Assembly: GCA_013239625.1 (NCBI GenBank)
Contig: MU056277.1
Coordinates: 2,396,076-2,460,075, forward strand
From: Lama guanicoe
Lineage: Eukaryota
Length of the DNA stretch: 64,000 bases
Direction of reading: 5' to 3'
Positions 1 through 13,214 of the stretch are shown here, one piece after another. The translations under genes were made by a program, and so were the position numbers. The notes below the pieces were generated by a model. It was not told the DNA's origin, made no database searches, and was given only the letters and a program-made list of their open reading frames with translations. Position 1 is the stretch's first letter, and the number at the start of each line of letters is the position of its first letter.

Positions 1-1059
1 CAAATTGTCTTACTAACCAGCACTCCCACTGATGGCACGCGAAACCAAGGCTGAAGGAGTTTGTGTTGTAGCCAGAGAACACAGAACTAGACGGAGAAAA
101 ACCAGGTATCTGTGCTGCTGGAGTGGACGGGGCAGAGGAGGAGTGAGGCGCTGGCCTGGAGCAGGGAGGTGGCAATGCCAGAGGAGCACAGAGCTGGCGT
201 GGGGGAGCGCGATGAACTTGCCCCCGTTTTTCCCGCTGATCTCAGAACGCGGGTCTTGTCTTCAGACTTTCTCAACTTTGCCCTCTTTTCACCCTCTTTC
301 TGCCTCTCCTGTGTCCCAGTCCTGTCAGTCCAGCCGTCTTTCTCCCTCCTTCTCTTTCTCTTTCGTGCCTTCCTCTCAGCCTGCAAAATGCTCAGGTCCT
401 CCATCTCCCACCAGCCCCCCTCCACTGGCTTCCCGAGGCTCCCACCCCACCGCTTCCCTGCCGGACCCGTTCGCTGCTGCACCCCCGTGCCCCCTTCGAG
501 GGTGCCCCTGCCCTGCATTGTTGAATCTGCCCTGCCAGTGCCATCGGGCATCTGACTGCCAGGCTGAACGGCCTCTCTTCACCTGCTGATGGCCCCTCCT
601 ATTTGAAGCAGGACCTTTCTTGTTTCTACACATCACCTGATCCAGCATCTCAGCTCTTGTCCTCCTCACTTCTGAGCCCAGGCCTCAACCAGCCCCTGAC
701 TCTGGCCCTTCTGGGTCGGCGCTGGCCAGGGTCAGTCCCTGGATCTGGTGTGGGCCTCCTGACTGCTCACCTCTCAACCATGTCCTGTCCCACGTGGTGT
801 CCTGCAACCTCTCCTCTGGCCACCAAGGAGCTTATTTCTCTGAAACACAAGTCGCTCTTCCACATTTGGAAGAAACTGCCAATTGTCTTCCTTCGTGGAC
901 CTTCAGATGCTGAGCTAGGATTGGGCCTAGGACAATGACTAGGTTTCGAGCATCACTTCTGGCCAGGTGTGGCCCCAGCTAAGCCAGTAGGGCTGCTCTG
1001 GTCTGAGTCTTTGCAGCCCCTCAGAACGCGTGTGTTGAACTCAAAGCCCCAGCAAGGTG

Positions 1060-1447
1060 TGAAAGGTGGCAGGACGTGACACTCCCTCAGGAGAAGCTCT
1101 GCAAACGGCGGGGGCAGCCTTCCACAGAGGAGAGGTATGTCTGCAAAGGACATCTCCATTTGTCAGTATCTCCACGTCTGTCCCAGGAGATGGCTGAGGA
1201 AGCCGCAAGGAACACCCACACATGGAGAGGGCGGGGGCGTGGCCCGCACGACCGCCTTCCTTGCTTCCCGGTTTTCCTGGTCGCCTCCCCGCCACTAGCC
1301 TCCCCCACACGCTTCTTTCTTTTGTCTTTAGCTGAACATGGTAGTTAATCCTGAGCTCTAAGCCACCTCAGGGAGTTATTCACTTTCCCCAGCGTCCTCC
1401 CCTCCCATGTACACAGGAGGCACACATGTTCAACTTTGGCTTCTCTC
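1060..1447 (+). mobile_element. Degenerate ERV1-class solo LTR fragment (MER34/MER39-like)
   Basis: Starts TGAAAGGTGGCAGGACGTGACACTCCC and contains ...AAGCCACCTCAGGGAGTTATTCACTTTCCCC...CCCATGTACACAGGAGGCACACATGTT, resembling MER34-family LTRs as I recall them. Ends approximate; family not verified by search. Confidence 0.5.
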
Positions 1448-1448
1448 A

Positions 1449-1536
1449 TTTTTTTTTTAGTTGACGTATAGTTGATTACAATGTTGTGTTAGTTTCTGGT
1501 GTACAACAAAGTGATTCAGTTACACGTATATATATA
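1449..1536 (-). mobile_element. L1 LINE 3'-end fragment (antisense, poly-T start)
   Basis: T-run followed by TTGACGTATAGTTGATTACAATGTTGTGTTAGTTTCTGGTGTACAACAAAGTGATTCAGTTA, the typical reverse-complemented 3' end of laurasiatherian L1s. Confidence 0.7.
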
Positions 1537-4309
1537 GTTATGTATGTGTACAGGGAGGTAAGCAGCTGTGCATACGTGCACATGCAGGAACATGTGTACT
1601 CGTGTGCACACACGCACACTCGCACACGCATCTGTATATTCTCAGCTGGTCACAGCCCGTCTCAGTGGCACCTTCAACGTGAAGTCGTCCCTGAGTTCCT
1701 GCGCTGTGCTTCCAAGCATGAATGGAGTCTTGCCCCTTATTCATATTTGACTGCGTGGGAATGTCTCTCCTGTTTGATCTGAGCTCCTGTCAAACTCACC
1801 TGCACAGCGTCAGCACGTGCTCAGAGCTCAGCAGTGTGTGGTGAGTGAGGAGAGCAGGAAAGGTGAAGCCTTTGAAATTGTGGTTTGTCTTCTTATCAAA
1901 GGACTGCATTTCCACCTGCTTATTTCTCGGCTGAAGGAATCTGAGCACCAGGGAGGCTGGGCTGCTGCCCAAGGCCACTTGACCCCCTTCGTCTCAGCAG
2001 TATCCTCGCAGGTGGGCTGCAGGGGCCTGCTCTGAATCAGCAGGGTGAGTGGGCAGCAGCAGGGAAGGGCCCAGAGGCAACCAGCTGGACGTACAGCCAC
2101 TTCCCTAACATCGTGCTTTCCCTCCTGGTGCTGCCTCCCGCCCACTGACGGCAAGGGGACCCTGCTGAGGAAGGAGATGACGCTTCCGACCTCGCACTGC
2201 AGGACCCCGGGGAGAATGACCCTGACACCGTCCTGGGCAGAGCACGAGAAGCCACACAGAAGGAACTCTTTGGAAGAATTGTGGGGCTAATTGGCAAAGG
2301 AGTGAAAGGGACCTCTTTCATTGCAAAGGCAGGCATTTCAGATGAAAAGCAAAGAAACGGTGAAGCAGCAAACAGGGCTGGTAATAGAAATCTGAGAAGA
2401 TTGGGTGCTGTGACCTGCTAGAATTCGTCTGATCCAAGGGGGAGCTTTTCAGAGGACCGTGACTTCAGCCTGTGAGTGGTTGCGCAAATCTTTAAGCTTG
2501 AGCACAATAATGCAAGAGTGTCAAGGACTGACCTCCTTCCAAGAGGAGGCTGTTGCTTCGATCAGAAATTTTCAAAAGCAGTCATGATGAAGGAAGAGAG
2601 AGAAACAAAGGCATCTTCATGTGTCCGGGTGGTGGGCGGGACTCAGAAAGGCCACCTCTTTGCGGGGGGGGGCAGGTGGAGAGCGAGGGAACCAGGGGCT
2701 TTTCCTGAGGTCTGCAAGCAAGCAAGCCGATTTACTTTTATGTCATGATACATACAAGTAAGCAGAACCAATTTTTCTAAAGATGTCTTTTATTGATATT
2801 TGGCCAAAGAATGAGAAAATGTCACTTGTCCACATGTAGAAACACATCCCCCATCAGGCCTGTCCCCCTCTGTCCTCCCACCTCTTGGTGTCACCATTGC
2901 TGTGGTGACCCAAGAAGATGGAAAACAGAAAGTGGGTGGAGAAAAGACCCGTCATTGAGGGAGGAACCAAAGACAAACTGGATGTTTAACAAACAGATTT
3001 AGAATGATGGTTTTCAAGGGATCAGAACACCTTCTCTTTAAAGGACCGTTCAGTGGGGGTGCGGCAAGGATTTGTCACACGCTGACTCCGCAGAGCAGAC
3101 ACACACAGAGGGAGCTTTCGAGAGAGGAAGCCATCTTCCTGGGAAGACCCGATCACTTCCTTCTAATAAAACACAGAACAGAAACATTTTCCTGGTTTCC
3201 TGGACATAGTGATGGCACAGCGCCTGGGAGGGGATCAGGTCAAGCTGCAGAGAATTCTGTACTTTTTAACACAGGAGTGGGGGTTCTGTGGGATATGTGG
3301 CTATGGAGAGGCAGAAAGTCCCAAGTACGCCATGGCTGTGGTAGCTCTTGCCAGTTCAAGTATCTCACTAGTGACTTCTGTGCAGAAATGGTGCTGGATG
3401 TGAGAGCTAGTCACCCCACATGAATACTGTCGAGTGATCAGAACCTCAGATCTGTAGGGAGAGGGTTAAGGTTCCCACTCCGACCCTCCGTTTCTTCCTG
3501 ACTCCGGGCCCCCACCCTCCCCAAGAGGCTTTCTGCCCTGTGCATTTGGGTCCAAGGGCTGGGAGCGGGGCTTCCGTCTGTCATCTGAGGGTAAGTATTC
3601 AAATACAGCGAAAAAAAAAAGAATATCTGTGGAAGAAAAGCTGAGCTAGTAACAGGAGGAACAGCACCGAGGATTGCAGGTTTGGAAATCAGGGGCCCTG
3701 CCCATGGGTGGGGAGCTGTGTGCATTTCGCCTGCAGAGAAGTAAGGCGTCTGCCTGCAGGAGTGGGAGGCCGGTCCCCCCTCCATACCTGTTTCTCTAAG
3801 TGCCTGCGTACTAATCAGCAGAATGTGAAGATACCTGCTCTCCTCAAGAAATCAACGCTAATTAAGACGTTACAGCTTAAGGCTGAAGTGGCTTTACTAG
3901 AGGCAGGAGTGGGCGTGGTCAGCACAAAAGTGGTTAAACTGTGAAACCGTTTTAGACGAGTGCAATGCAGCACCTCGCCTGCAGGGAAGAGACAGGCCTT
4001 TGCTTGGCGCTCAAGTCCTCTGCACACCGCTGCCTGGTGCCCTGGACTTTGGGCATGACTCCCAGGCCTTGCCCACCCTCTGCTAGGTCTCCGGCAGCTG
4101 GGGCCCAGTGCCCTGGCGGTGGTGGGCTCCAGGGGGACAAATATTCAGGGCTCAGGGCTCACTGTCCCCTAGGTCCAGTCCATCTGGCGATGAGGAGCAA
4201 ACCCGCACCCTTCAGCGCAGAGGATTAGCGGAATCTGGGCGGAGGTTGGGTGTGGACATGGAAGCCGCTGGCAGGGCAGGAACAGGAGAGCACAGGGTGG
4301 ACTGGGCCC

Positions 4310-4830
4310 TCCGTGCTGCACGTGCGCACACACCAGCCTCCTCCATGTACCTACACACGCACAGGTCTGGCCGCCTCTCCTTGTGCACATATGCATATCC
4401 CCGTCTGTACACGCCCACGGGCACAAACCCAGCCTGCCTTTCTCTTCCACGAGTATACATACACACTGCGCACTCACTTGACCCCCAGTCCTCCGTGTGC
4501 GCACACCTGCAGGTGCACACACATGCTCCACCCCTGTCCTAGGTGTGCGCGCTCATGCATACATCCCTTGCCCCTGGCTGCGCACACACGTACGTGCACA
4601 ACTGGTCCCGGCCCCCGTGTGCATACACACTTACCTGTACACCTTGCCCCAGTCCCCCGGGTACCCACACATCCACCCACAGTCGGCCCCTGTCCCCCTT
4701 GTGCATACACACCGACATGCACTCCAGCCCCTATCCCCCGCGTGCGCACGCACGCAGTGCACCTCCTGCCCCTGTACCCGGTGTGCGCACACGTGCACAC
4801 ATCCCGGGCCCGAACCCCCCGCGCGCGCAC
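4310..4830. repeat. Degenerate CA/CG alternating purine-pyrimidine low-complexity tract upstream of TFDP1
   Basis: Repeated CACACGTGCAC/GTGCGCAC blocks interspersed with CCCCTGT-like spacers. Confidence 0.6.
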
Positions 4831-4989
4831 CGCGGCTTCCGGGGCCAGGCCCTCCTCTCCATCCCTGCCAGGCGCGCGCACACAGGCGCACACGCGGGCA
4901 CGCGCAGGCGCAGCCTTCCCCTTAGAGCGCGAGCGCGGGCCGCCCGGCGGGAGGAGGAGGAGGAGGAGGAGGAGGAAGAGGAGCAGGCC

Positions 4990-5091
4990 CGGGGAGCCGA
5001 AGGCGCGAAAAGGCGCGCAGGCGCGCTGCGGGAGCCGGGCCGCCGCTCACGTCACCGCGCCGCGCACGTCACGCCGCCCGACGCTCGCAGG
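4990..5091 (+). other. TFDP1: Probable non-coding exon 1 of TFDP1 (5' end uncertain)
   Basis: Good donor CAGG|GTGAGC at 5091/5092 inside the CpG island. The ATG exon downstream has its own acceptor, so an upstream untranslated exon is required. Confidence 0.55.
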
Positions 5092-5207
5092 GTGAGCCCC
5101 GCGCCCCGGCGCCTCGGCAGGGCAGGGACCCCAGCCCAGCGCCGCCGGGACCGCCCTCCCCTCCCGCCCGCCTGCCCGCGCCCGCGTGTCTGCGCGCCGA
5201 CCGCCCG

Positions 5208-5388
5208 NNNNNNNNNNNNNNNNNNNNNNNNNNNNNNNNNNNNNNNNNNNNNNNNNNNNNNNNNNNNNNNNNNNNNNNNNNNNNNNNNNNNNNNNNNNNN
5301 NNNNNNNNNNNNNNNNNNNNNNNNNNNNNNNNNNNNNNNNNNNNNNNNNNNNNNNNNNNNNNNNNNNNNNNNNNNNNNNNNNNNNNNN
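5208..5388. other. Assembly gap (181 N)
   Basis: Run of n characters within the CpG island. Confidence 1.
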
Positions 5389-5999
5389 CGGGGCGGGGCG
5401 GGGCGGGTCCGAGCGCGCAGGGTCCGGGGTCCGCGGTCCGGGGCTCTGGATGCAGGCGGCGCTGCCCGACCTGCCCGCCGACTGCCGGTTCCGGCGCGCG
5501 GGGGGCGCTCGCGGGATGCGGCCGCGGCCTAGTGACAGGCTGGAGGCCGGACCCCGGAAGCCCACCTGTCAGAGTTACCGGTCGGCCGGTGGTCGCCGGA
5601 GGGCGTGGGGTGCAGGTGGGGAGCGCATGTGCGCTGGGACGCGGGGCTGCGCCCGGGTGGGGGCGCGGGCCGCGGTGCCAGACTCGTCCGCGCTGGGTCT
5701 TTGTGCGCGTCTGTGGAGGCCAGGCGGGCACCCTGGTGTTGGCCGAGCTGCCATTCCAGAGAGGACTTTAAAACCCCGGGGTGGGGGTGGTGGGGGTGTT
5801 TCTGCCGGCCGCTCCCGCGCCCGGGGGATGGAGCGCGGTTGGGAAAGGAAGGTGCCTCCGACCTGGAAAGGCGGTGGGGACGAGGTGGTGCTGCGGGATC
5901 CTCACTCATTGCTTGTTTTTCCTTCCTTCTTCCCAGAAAAACCATTTTTCTTCTGTGGAGGGCGAACACTTATAGCATCGATTTCACGGATCTGGTAAC

Positions 6000-6011
6000 A
6001 TGGCAAAAGAT
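6000..6011 (+). CDS. TFDP1: TFDP1 coding exon (exon 2, whole exon 5937-6011): MAKD
   Basis: Acceptor ttcttcccag|5937; aacATGGCAAAAGAT|GTGAGT donor. Confidence 0.93.
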
Positions 6012-9000
6012 GTGAGTATGTTGCTTCCCGCCGGGCAGACTGCGTTCTTGGTGGTTTTCCCGCTTTGTTTGGGATGACAACACAGAGACTGCAGGAGCGT
6101 GCATTTCAGATGTAAAGCACATGGAACGAGATGAGAGTGGAAACGGCGGAAGGCCGGTGGCTCGTGTGGAGATGCGGGCTGGCCCTGCCCCGGCTTTGCA
6201 GCCCTGAGCCCGGGTGACAGACCTGGATGAGGCTTGGCGGACATGCCTCCTGGCCTCTCCAGCCCCTCGACTTGTGGGTCTGATGCCTCTGTCGGGGTCA
6301 CCCCGCGTTCTGGCTGCAGGTGCCACACACCTGTTTTGTGTACAGAGCAGGATTTGGTCCATGAAGCACTAAGCACTGGTTTTGGCAACCTTTTTTCTCA
6401 GAAAAGATGAAATTCTCTGATTACTGAAATATGATAAAAAAAACTTCTGCTTTAGCTTTTGTACTTGTCGTGAAGCTATAGAATATAATGAATAATATTT
6501 TCACTTGTCCCAAGAAATAGGTGTTTAGGCCCCAGAATGCAGCCTGTTTTTTCGGCTGTGTGGCTCTGATTTCCTTGGCAACACCAGTTAGGTTCTCGGA
6601 AGCCCCAGCTCTGTCCTTCAGTGTTTGGGAGAACTCGCCGTTTTTAAGTATGAGTGAAAAGAGGCTCTTGGTTTACTCGTTTATCGCGTGGAGTGGGACA
6701 CGCATCTCGGAGGAGTGGCGTCTGCCTGAGATACGCCTGGAGGTGAGAGGTGTGTCAGCGTCTGTGGGACCGAGCAGGAGGGGACAGGCCTTCCCGGCAG
6801 CCCCCAGGTTTGGACGTTCTCCAGCGCGCCAGTCGGAGGGCACCCCTGCTGCCAGCTGTGGGCGGCAGGCTCCCCGCACTGCTTGGTTTGGCAGCGAGAG
6901 TGTGCACAGATGCCCCGTGCGGTGCGTTTGAGGTTGAAAATCATGATCTGTGTGTGACTTGGGTGATTTTATCACCTCTGCCTTTGTGGACGGCCACCCG
7001 TGGTTCTCTGCACGCGGGATAGCGGCCGTGCTCAGTAAGGGTCCTGCCCCCTGTGTCGCCTGTCTGCACGTGGTGCTGGGGTTGGTGTGTCCAGGACTGA
7101 ATTTGCTTGTCCCCTGGAGGAGAGCAGCTCCTTGTTCAGGGAGCCCTTTGACTCCTGGGCGTCTGGGGACGTAAGGACGGCCGCGCCACGTGCCTGGCTG
7201 CAGGAGGGCCTGTCTCCCAGGAAGACCGCACCTGTCGTAGGTGCATCTCGGCTTAGAGTCCCGCGCAGCAAGGCCATAGTCCCTGCGTGCTGCCAGGTGA
7301 CGGTGACTGTGACCACACCCATGTCCTCGAACCCTCGTCTGCTGCCTGTCCCGGGCCGTCTCCGCGAAGCCCAGAGGGTGAGGACGGGGAGAGTGTGGAG
7401 GTGGCGTGTGGGGCTGGGGCCTGTGCTCTGGTGCCACCTGTGCGCCTGGTGGGGGCTTGTCACCCTGCCGAGTGACACTGTAGCTTATAGGTCGTTGACT
7501 TCTGAGGGCAGTTCCATGAGTTTGTTTTGTGCTGGCCGTGGCTCCCGGGCCTTGTCCTGGTGGGGAGGGTTTGCCTGGCTGAGATGCTGTCACGCTCCGG
7601 TGCCCAGGACACTCTGCGGTCAGCGTGGACACTGACAGATACGTCTCGCCATATTAAAACGGTTGTGTGAAGTAGGAAGTGGACGGTCCCCAGCGTGTGT
7701 GCGCCGTGTGGGCTGAGCGTGTGCGTGTCCCACCTCGGCTGCCCGTCCTGCCTGGGCCTCCAGCGTGAGCGGCCTGGTGCGCCGGCCTTTGGAAACCTGT
7801 GCTTTCGTGATAAAGGGCCCAACAGTGGCCGAAGCCCTAGCACCAGGCTGGGGTCCGAGGGGGGAGTGCGGCCCAGGGCCACCGTTGGAGTGGTCTGCAC
7901 CAGGGGGGTCAGGGCGCCGCCGTCCCCACTGGCAGGACCCTGCCGTCTTCCTTCAGTGAGATCAGTGAGGTGGGTCGTTGATTTGTAGAATTATGGGGTG
8001 CTTCTGCCAGAGATGTTGGGGTGCAGGCCTGGGGCCCTCCCCGCCTTGCTCTGGGTGGGAGTCCCGGCCCAGTCCGAGGTCACCTCCACTCGGGCAGCCC
8101 CTGTTGGAGCTCAGCCACTCCCTTTGAAGGTGCTCTGATCCTGCTGTGCGTCCTGTGAGCGTGTGGGTGAGTCCCCAGGCCGATGAGAGCCAGAGACCAG
8201 AGAAAAGGGTGGCACGTGTGGGTTTCTGAGGGGCGCTGTGCTGAGCCTGGTTTACCAGCCACAGGGGACTTGCCAGCTTGTCTGAAACACGCATCCTGAG
8301 TGTCCTTTCACAGGCTGGGCCTCGAGGATGAAATTGGGGCCAACCCACTGTTTGCTTCGGTCCTTGGCGGCATGAGCTTGGACCCCTCGGCCCTTCCCCA
8401 CCTGGGCCACGAGGGGTGAGCTCTGCCCCTCTGGGTGACCCCAGGAAGACGTCTCCGGCCCTGCTCGTTTCTACAAGAGGCTTTTCGTGTTTGGAACTGA
8501 TTTTTGTCCATGTGGGAGGAAACGGGAGCAGCTCTGAATTGGTGTTAAAAAGCAGAAATCACAGCTGGGTGAGAGGTGCTGCCCAGGGACACCGGCTCTG
8601 AGGGGTCTTTTGGGGGCACCTGGTGCGACACGTGGAGGGGAGGTCCTATTCCTTGCGCGGTCGCTGCGCTTTGCAGCCCCGCACGTCCGGCGAGGGAGGG
8701 CCAGCCAGCAGGGGCTCCCGGAGCAGGAGGTGGGTGGTGCCCACCCTGAGCTGTGCCGTGGTTTCAGGTGCCACTTTCCTCGCATCCTCACCTTTTAAAA
8801 AGCCCTTCCGCCTGCTGGTTAACCAGTTACCCCTCAGCGTGGAGCGGTTGGAAGGGTCTCGCTCGGAAGCCAGCCCTGGCTTCTCTCTCCTGCGGTTTCA
8901 GGCTGTTTGGGGGCGAGCGGGGACGGGCTGTGGATGCCGGGCTGCGCGGTCACTGCCGGCTGAGGGCCGGCTTCTGGGACGTGGAGTTGCGTGGGTGACT

Positions 9001-12000
9001 CAGAGGAGGCCTCACCCTGGCCGCTTCTCTCAGACGATCCAGGTTGTTTGGGCTTTGGCCACGGACGCCGCGGGGTCGGCGAGCAGGCCCACGGGGCCTG
9101 GTCTCGCTCTGTGGCTCGGTGCTGCTCAGGTACCAGCCAGGCCCCGTCCGAACGTGCTGTGCCGGGTGTTGGCTGCAGGGTGACAGGCTGGCCTCCTCTC
9201 TGTCTGTTGTCTGGACTCAGGACTCTGTTCATTACCCGGTTGTAAACGGGCGTTGGGTTTGATGGAAGGAACCCCTGGGTGTCCCCCAGGCTCTGACAGG
9301 CAGCGTCTCCTGACATGCCTGTACCTGGTGTCCTGTTAAGTAACATCGTGTCACCAGGGGCCTCGGAAGAGGGACAGCGAGCAGCTCTGCTCGACCCGGC
9401 GAGAACCAGGGTGGAATTCTGCCCGGAAGTCAGCCTGACCTTCCAGACCTGCCCCCGGCTCGGCCTGCCCTGGCCTCCCTGCCCAGGCGGCAGTGCGGGG
9501 GTGCCGGCTCCCTCCGGGGTCGCCCTCCGGAGGCTGGGCCGCTCGCAGGTGTCGTTCTCGTAGTAAGTGTGAGCTTTGTCTTTTGTGCCGAGTGTCCCAT
9601 CAGAAACTGTGGTTATCCTTTCAGCAGGGCTTCCGCAGGGAACAGTTCAGGTCGTGTTTCTTGTGCTTGTCAACGTAACGTCAGTCGTACCAAAGTTAGA
9701 AGCCCCAGGAAAAGAAAAAGGGAAAAGGAACCCAGCTGGTGTGTCAGAGGGGTTGCTAGGATTTTGAGTTTGCTGCTGTTGGATTTTCCCTTGGTCACAC
9801 AAAGATACGGACGTCCACCACCCTCTTCACGTCAGTGAGAGCCAGTATTTCCCCGAATCAGCATTTTTTCCTACCATGTCGTTTTTAGTGGCTGAGCGTT
9901 TATTTGACCCGTTGGGAGTTGTAGATGGTCGTTTATTGAAAAAGCGGCCTGAAATGGGAAATACTGAAAACTGGTACGTCCCTACACACCTTTGAAAGCC
10001 AGACAGGCGAATGCTCACCCCATCCTCACCCCTTGCCCTTTGGGTGTAGAGCGAAGGCGCTTTCTCGGGGAGCAGGTCCGCTGCTGGGAGTTCCCTGCGT
10101 AAGCCGCAGCCCGCAGTGCCCGATTCTGATTTCTGCAAGTGGCTGAAGGACATACGTAGACATTGGAGACACTGAATGCAACCATGCAGAGTGTTTTCAA
10201 CGTTTCCTGGCTTTTGACAACACGCCGAAGCCTCACACGTGTGTTTAAAGTGAGCACAGCTGAGTGGTGGCCAGAAGGCGGGTCACCTGAGGGTCCCCAG
10301 GGTGGGGGCTGGTTAATGCAGCAGATGCGCTGTTCCACCATGTCCCCTTCCATCCTGGCATCAGAGATTCCGGTAGTTTCCAGTTAAATCTCTCAAGTTC
10401 GCACAGACCCATGGTGACCCTCAGGTTCTGAAAGTGTGGCTCTGGGTGGACACCTCACGTGTGCAAGGTCGCTGGGCTGTGGTCGGTGACTCTGAGATGG
10501 TCGTGCCGGTTTGCACGACTTCCGTCAGGTCGCAGGAGAGAGCCCACTTTAACGTCCCAGCGTCAAAGCTGAGTCGGGTAACAACTTAAAAAACCCGCAC
10601 AGCGCGCGCCACTTGGTAGGTGAGAGTTTAAATTGCATTGTTTTAGTTTGCATTTTTCGGTTTAGAGTTTGGATATTTTCCTCTTAAACAGCGTTTCTTT
10701 GTGATCGAGGAGCATGCCCTGTGCCCGTCCTCTGTCTGGGCGCTGACTTCCTGCCCGTTGCCTCCACTGCAAACACGGGGACGCTAAACCTTCGTGTCAC
10801 CACAGCAGAAAGCTGGCGTCAGTTCTGTTGCTCAGCACCAGTGGTCAGGGACGGTCGTTCCAGCGTGAACCCGTGGAGGACACACCTTGGGTTCACACCG
10901 TGAAGTTCCCCGTTGGGTGCGGGCAGCTTCTGGTGTCTGGATGTCAGGCTGCACCTCCTCTGTGGTCTGAGGCCGCCAGGGTCTTTCTGCGTCCCTGCCC
11001 CTCCTGGGGGTGGGTGGTCTCAGCCCTGGCTGGTCCTCTCTCTGCTTGGGGGGTTCGTGCCCGAGTACCCAGCGTGGGTCTGATGTTTGCTGTCTGTTTG
11101 CTTTTCAGGAAAATCAGGGTTTGCGTGCAGATCCCTTTTGCCAAGTTGATGGCATCTGAATCCTGTTTTGCAGGGAAGTGGGGTGAGGGGGAGGCTGTGC
11201 TGGGTTTGGGAGCCGGCATGCTTGCCGTTTGCTCCAGGTGAGGGCGCGCCCTCCTGGAGGTGGCGTTGCTTTAGCGCTGCCTCTGAAAATCTCTCGTTTT
11301 CTAAGTTTAGGTGTCTTGTTTGAAACCACGTGCAGCGTGACAGACAAACGTTTGCCTTAGTGTTGCCCCGGAGTCGCCTGGGAGTTAGGACGGCCGTGGG
11401 CTCGGGGTGTCCTTCCTCGTTCTCGATGCTCCCCGTGCCGTGCCCCCAGCACACTCGCCATGTGGGCTCAGGGAGGTCACAGAATTAGAGTCTGGGGGCT
11501 TTTCCACTGCAGGGAACGTTGAGCCCTGCTGTAGTCTGAGGGGTCAGCAGGGCACTTCCAGGGGAAGAGGACGTGGTGGGGCCCCCCTCCTCCCACAGGT
11601 GTAGCCCTGCTTCCTAACACACTCGAAGCTGGCTCCGGGGGGCTGCAGGACCCGCTTTGACTTGGGGTGGGAAGGGGAGGGTCTCGGGCAGCCTCAGGCC
11701 CCACCCCCCATGGCGACGGTGGCACCGTCCTCCCTGGTTTGAGTGATGTATCAGTGACATGTGGCCCAGGGGCTCGGGACTCTGCCGGGTCCTCGTTTGT
11801 GCCAGTCCTTCCCTGGGGGGACCCGTGGGGGGTGTCCCTGCCATCCCGTGGCCCCGGAGGAGAGCTATCCTTGTGCGCCCGGGCTGATGGTGTGGCCGAC
11901 GGACGGTGTGTCGTGTGGCCCGGCTGACCCGCCGTCTGCAGGATGAGAGGAGAGGGATGTGCCTGCTCGGCCACCATCCCTGGTAGACAGACCAGTGTGG

Positions 12001-13147
12001 GCAGCCTGACAGCTGCTCCCTGCAGCCACTTTTCAGCTGGCCTGGGACTTGGTCCAGGCTGGCAGTGGAGAGGCGTTGCCACGGCCGGTCTCAGAAGGTG
12101 TGCTGGGAAGAGGCTCCCGCCCGGGGCTGCGGCCCCAGCTGTGTGTGGGCGGACGGGGCCCAGGGCGGGCGGGGCGTGAGGGGCTGTGCTGCCCGGGCCC
12201 CCCAGGGCTGGGTGGTGTGGGGCTGCACCCAGATCCCTCTGCTTTCACGCCTGGCTCTCGTGTGCAATGTGTGCTTTGGTGTGTATGCCCGTGTGTGTCC
12301 ATTTGCGTGCGCGGTTGTGTGTGTAGGTGTGTGTGCATGTGGTGGGCGTGGCGTGTGTGTGTTGTCTTTGTGTGCACGCACGCACGTCAGGTCAGGTGGC
12401 AGAGCTGGGTTTGGGCCCCTTGCCCACAAGCAGAGCCCCGTGTCCCTTGGTGGGGACGCGGACAGAGGATACTCAGCAGAGGAGCCCGTGGCCCCCGGGT
12501 GTGGGATCTCAGTGCAGGCAGTGCGGTGCCCACACTGGGCGGTGGACTTCAGGCCCGTCAGGGGAGCAGGTCCCACTGTGTCCCGCCCCGGAGGTGTCCC
12601 GGCGACAACCCAGTGGCCCTGGGCCCTCCAGAGCAGGTGTTGGGTGCACAGGCCTCTCTCAGCCCATGTTTGCCTTTGCCTGGCTGGGCCTGACCGTGAG
12701 GCTGCCTGCATCCCTGCACGGTCGCCTGGAGACAGGATAGGGCCCCGGGGTCACAAAGGGGAGGGTGGATGAAGTGGGGCCCCCACTAGGCTCCTTCTGG
12801 GCCCGGGGGTGGCTGTCCCCACGTGGGGGCGACGTGGCCAAGCTGCAGGTCCTTGTGGGGCTCTCCGGCTGGATCAAGGTGATGCCCTGCGGTCACGCCT
12901 CTGCCATCCTCGGACGTGACCCTTGAAGTGACGTGCGACCGGTGCCTGGAATACGAGTATTCCACGGTGTCTTAGGCTAAGCTTGAGAGGCTGGAGCCTT
13001 CACGCGCTCTTGTTTATGCTGATTGTCGCAACAGGACCGACGGGTGAGGGCCCTGCATGCGGCCCTGCGGGGGTGACGGGGATTGTCAGCAGGGTGACCC
13101 CATCCCGCCTGGCAGTCCTGTTCATTCTGTTGTTGTTGCTCCCGCAG

Positions 13148-13214
13148 GCCGGCCTGATTGAAGCCAACGGGGAACTCAAGGTCTTCATAGACCAGAACCT
13201 CAGTCCTGGAAAAG
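13148..13214 (+). CDS. TFDP1: TFDP1 exon 3: AGLIEANGELKVFIDQNLSPGK
   Basis: cccgcag| ... AAAG|GTAAGG; 67 nt; DP-1 N-terminal sequence. Confidence 0.97.

Larger units (their letters stand above)
4730..5900 (+). promoter_or_regulatory. TFDP1: TFDP1 CpG-island promoter
   Basis: Very CpG-dense. NRF1-like GCGCAGGCGCA 4902-4912, (GAG)n 4951-4983, E2F site GGCGCGAAAA 5002-5011, CACGTCA at 5048 and 5065, GC boxes 5390-5407. Lies directly upstream of the ATG exon. Confidence 0.85.

Noticed and set aside
480-720. Possible ancient L2 fragment (also possible old repeat or ERV remnants at ~2250-2850 and ~53330-53640)
   Set aside because: Too degraded to assign by eye; needs RepeatMasker.
4250-5998. Long overlapping ORFs (281, 329, 270 aa) including a poly-Glu/poly-Arg tract
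   Set aside because: Products of CpG-island composition, the (GAG)n repeat and the N gap; no recognisable protein.
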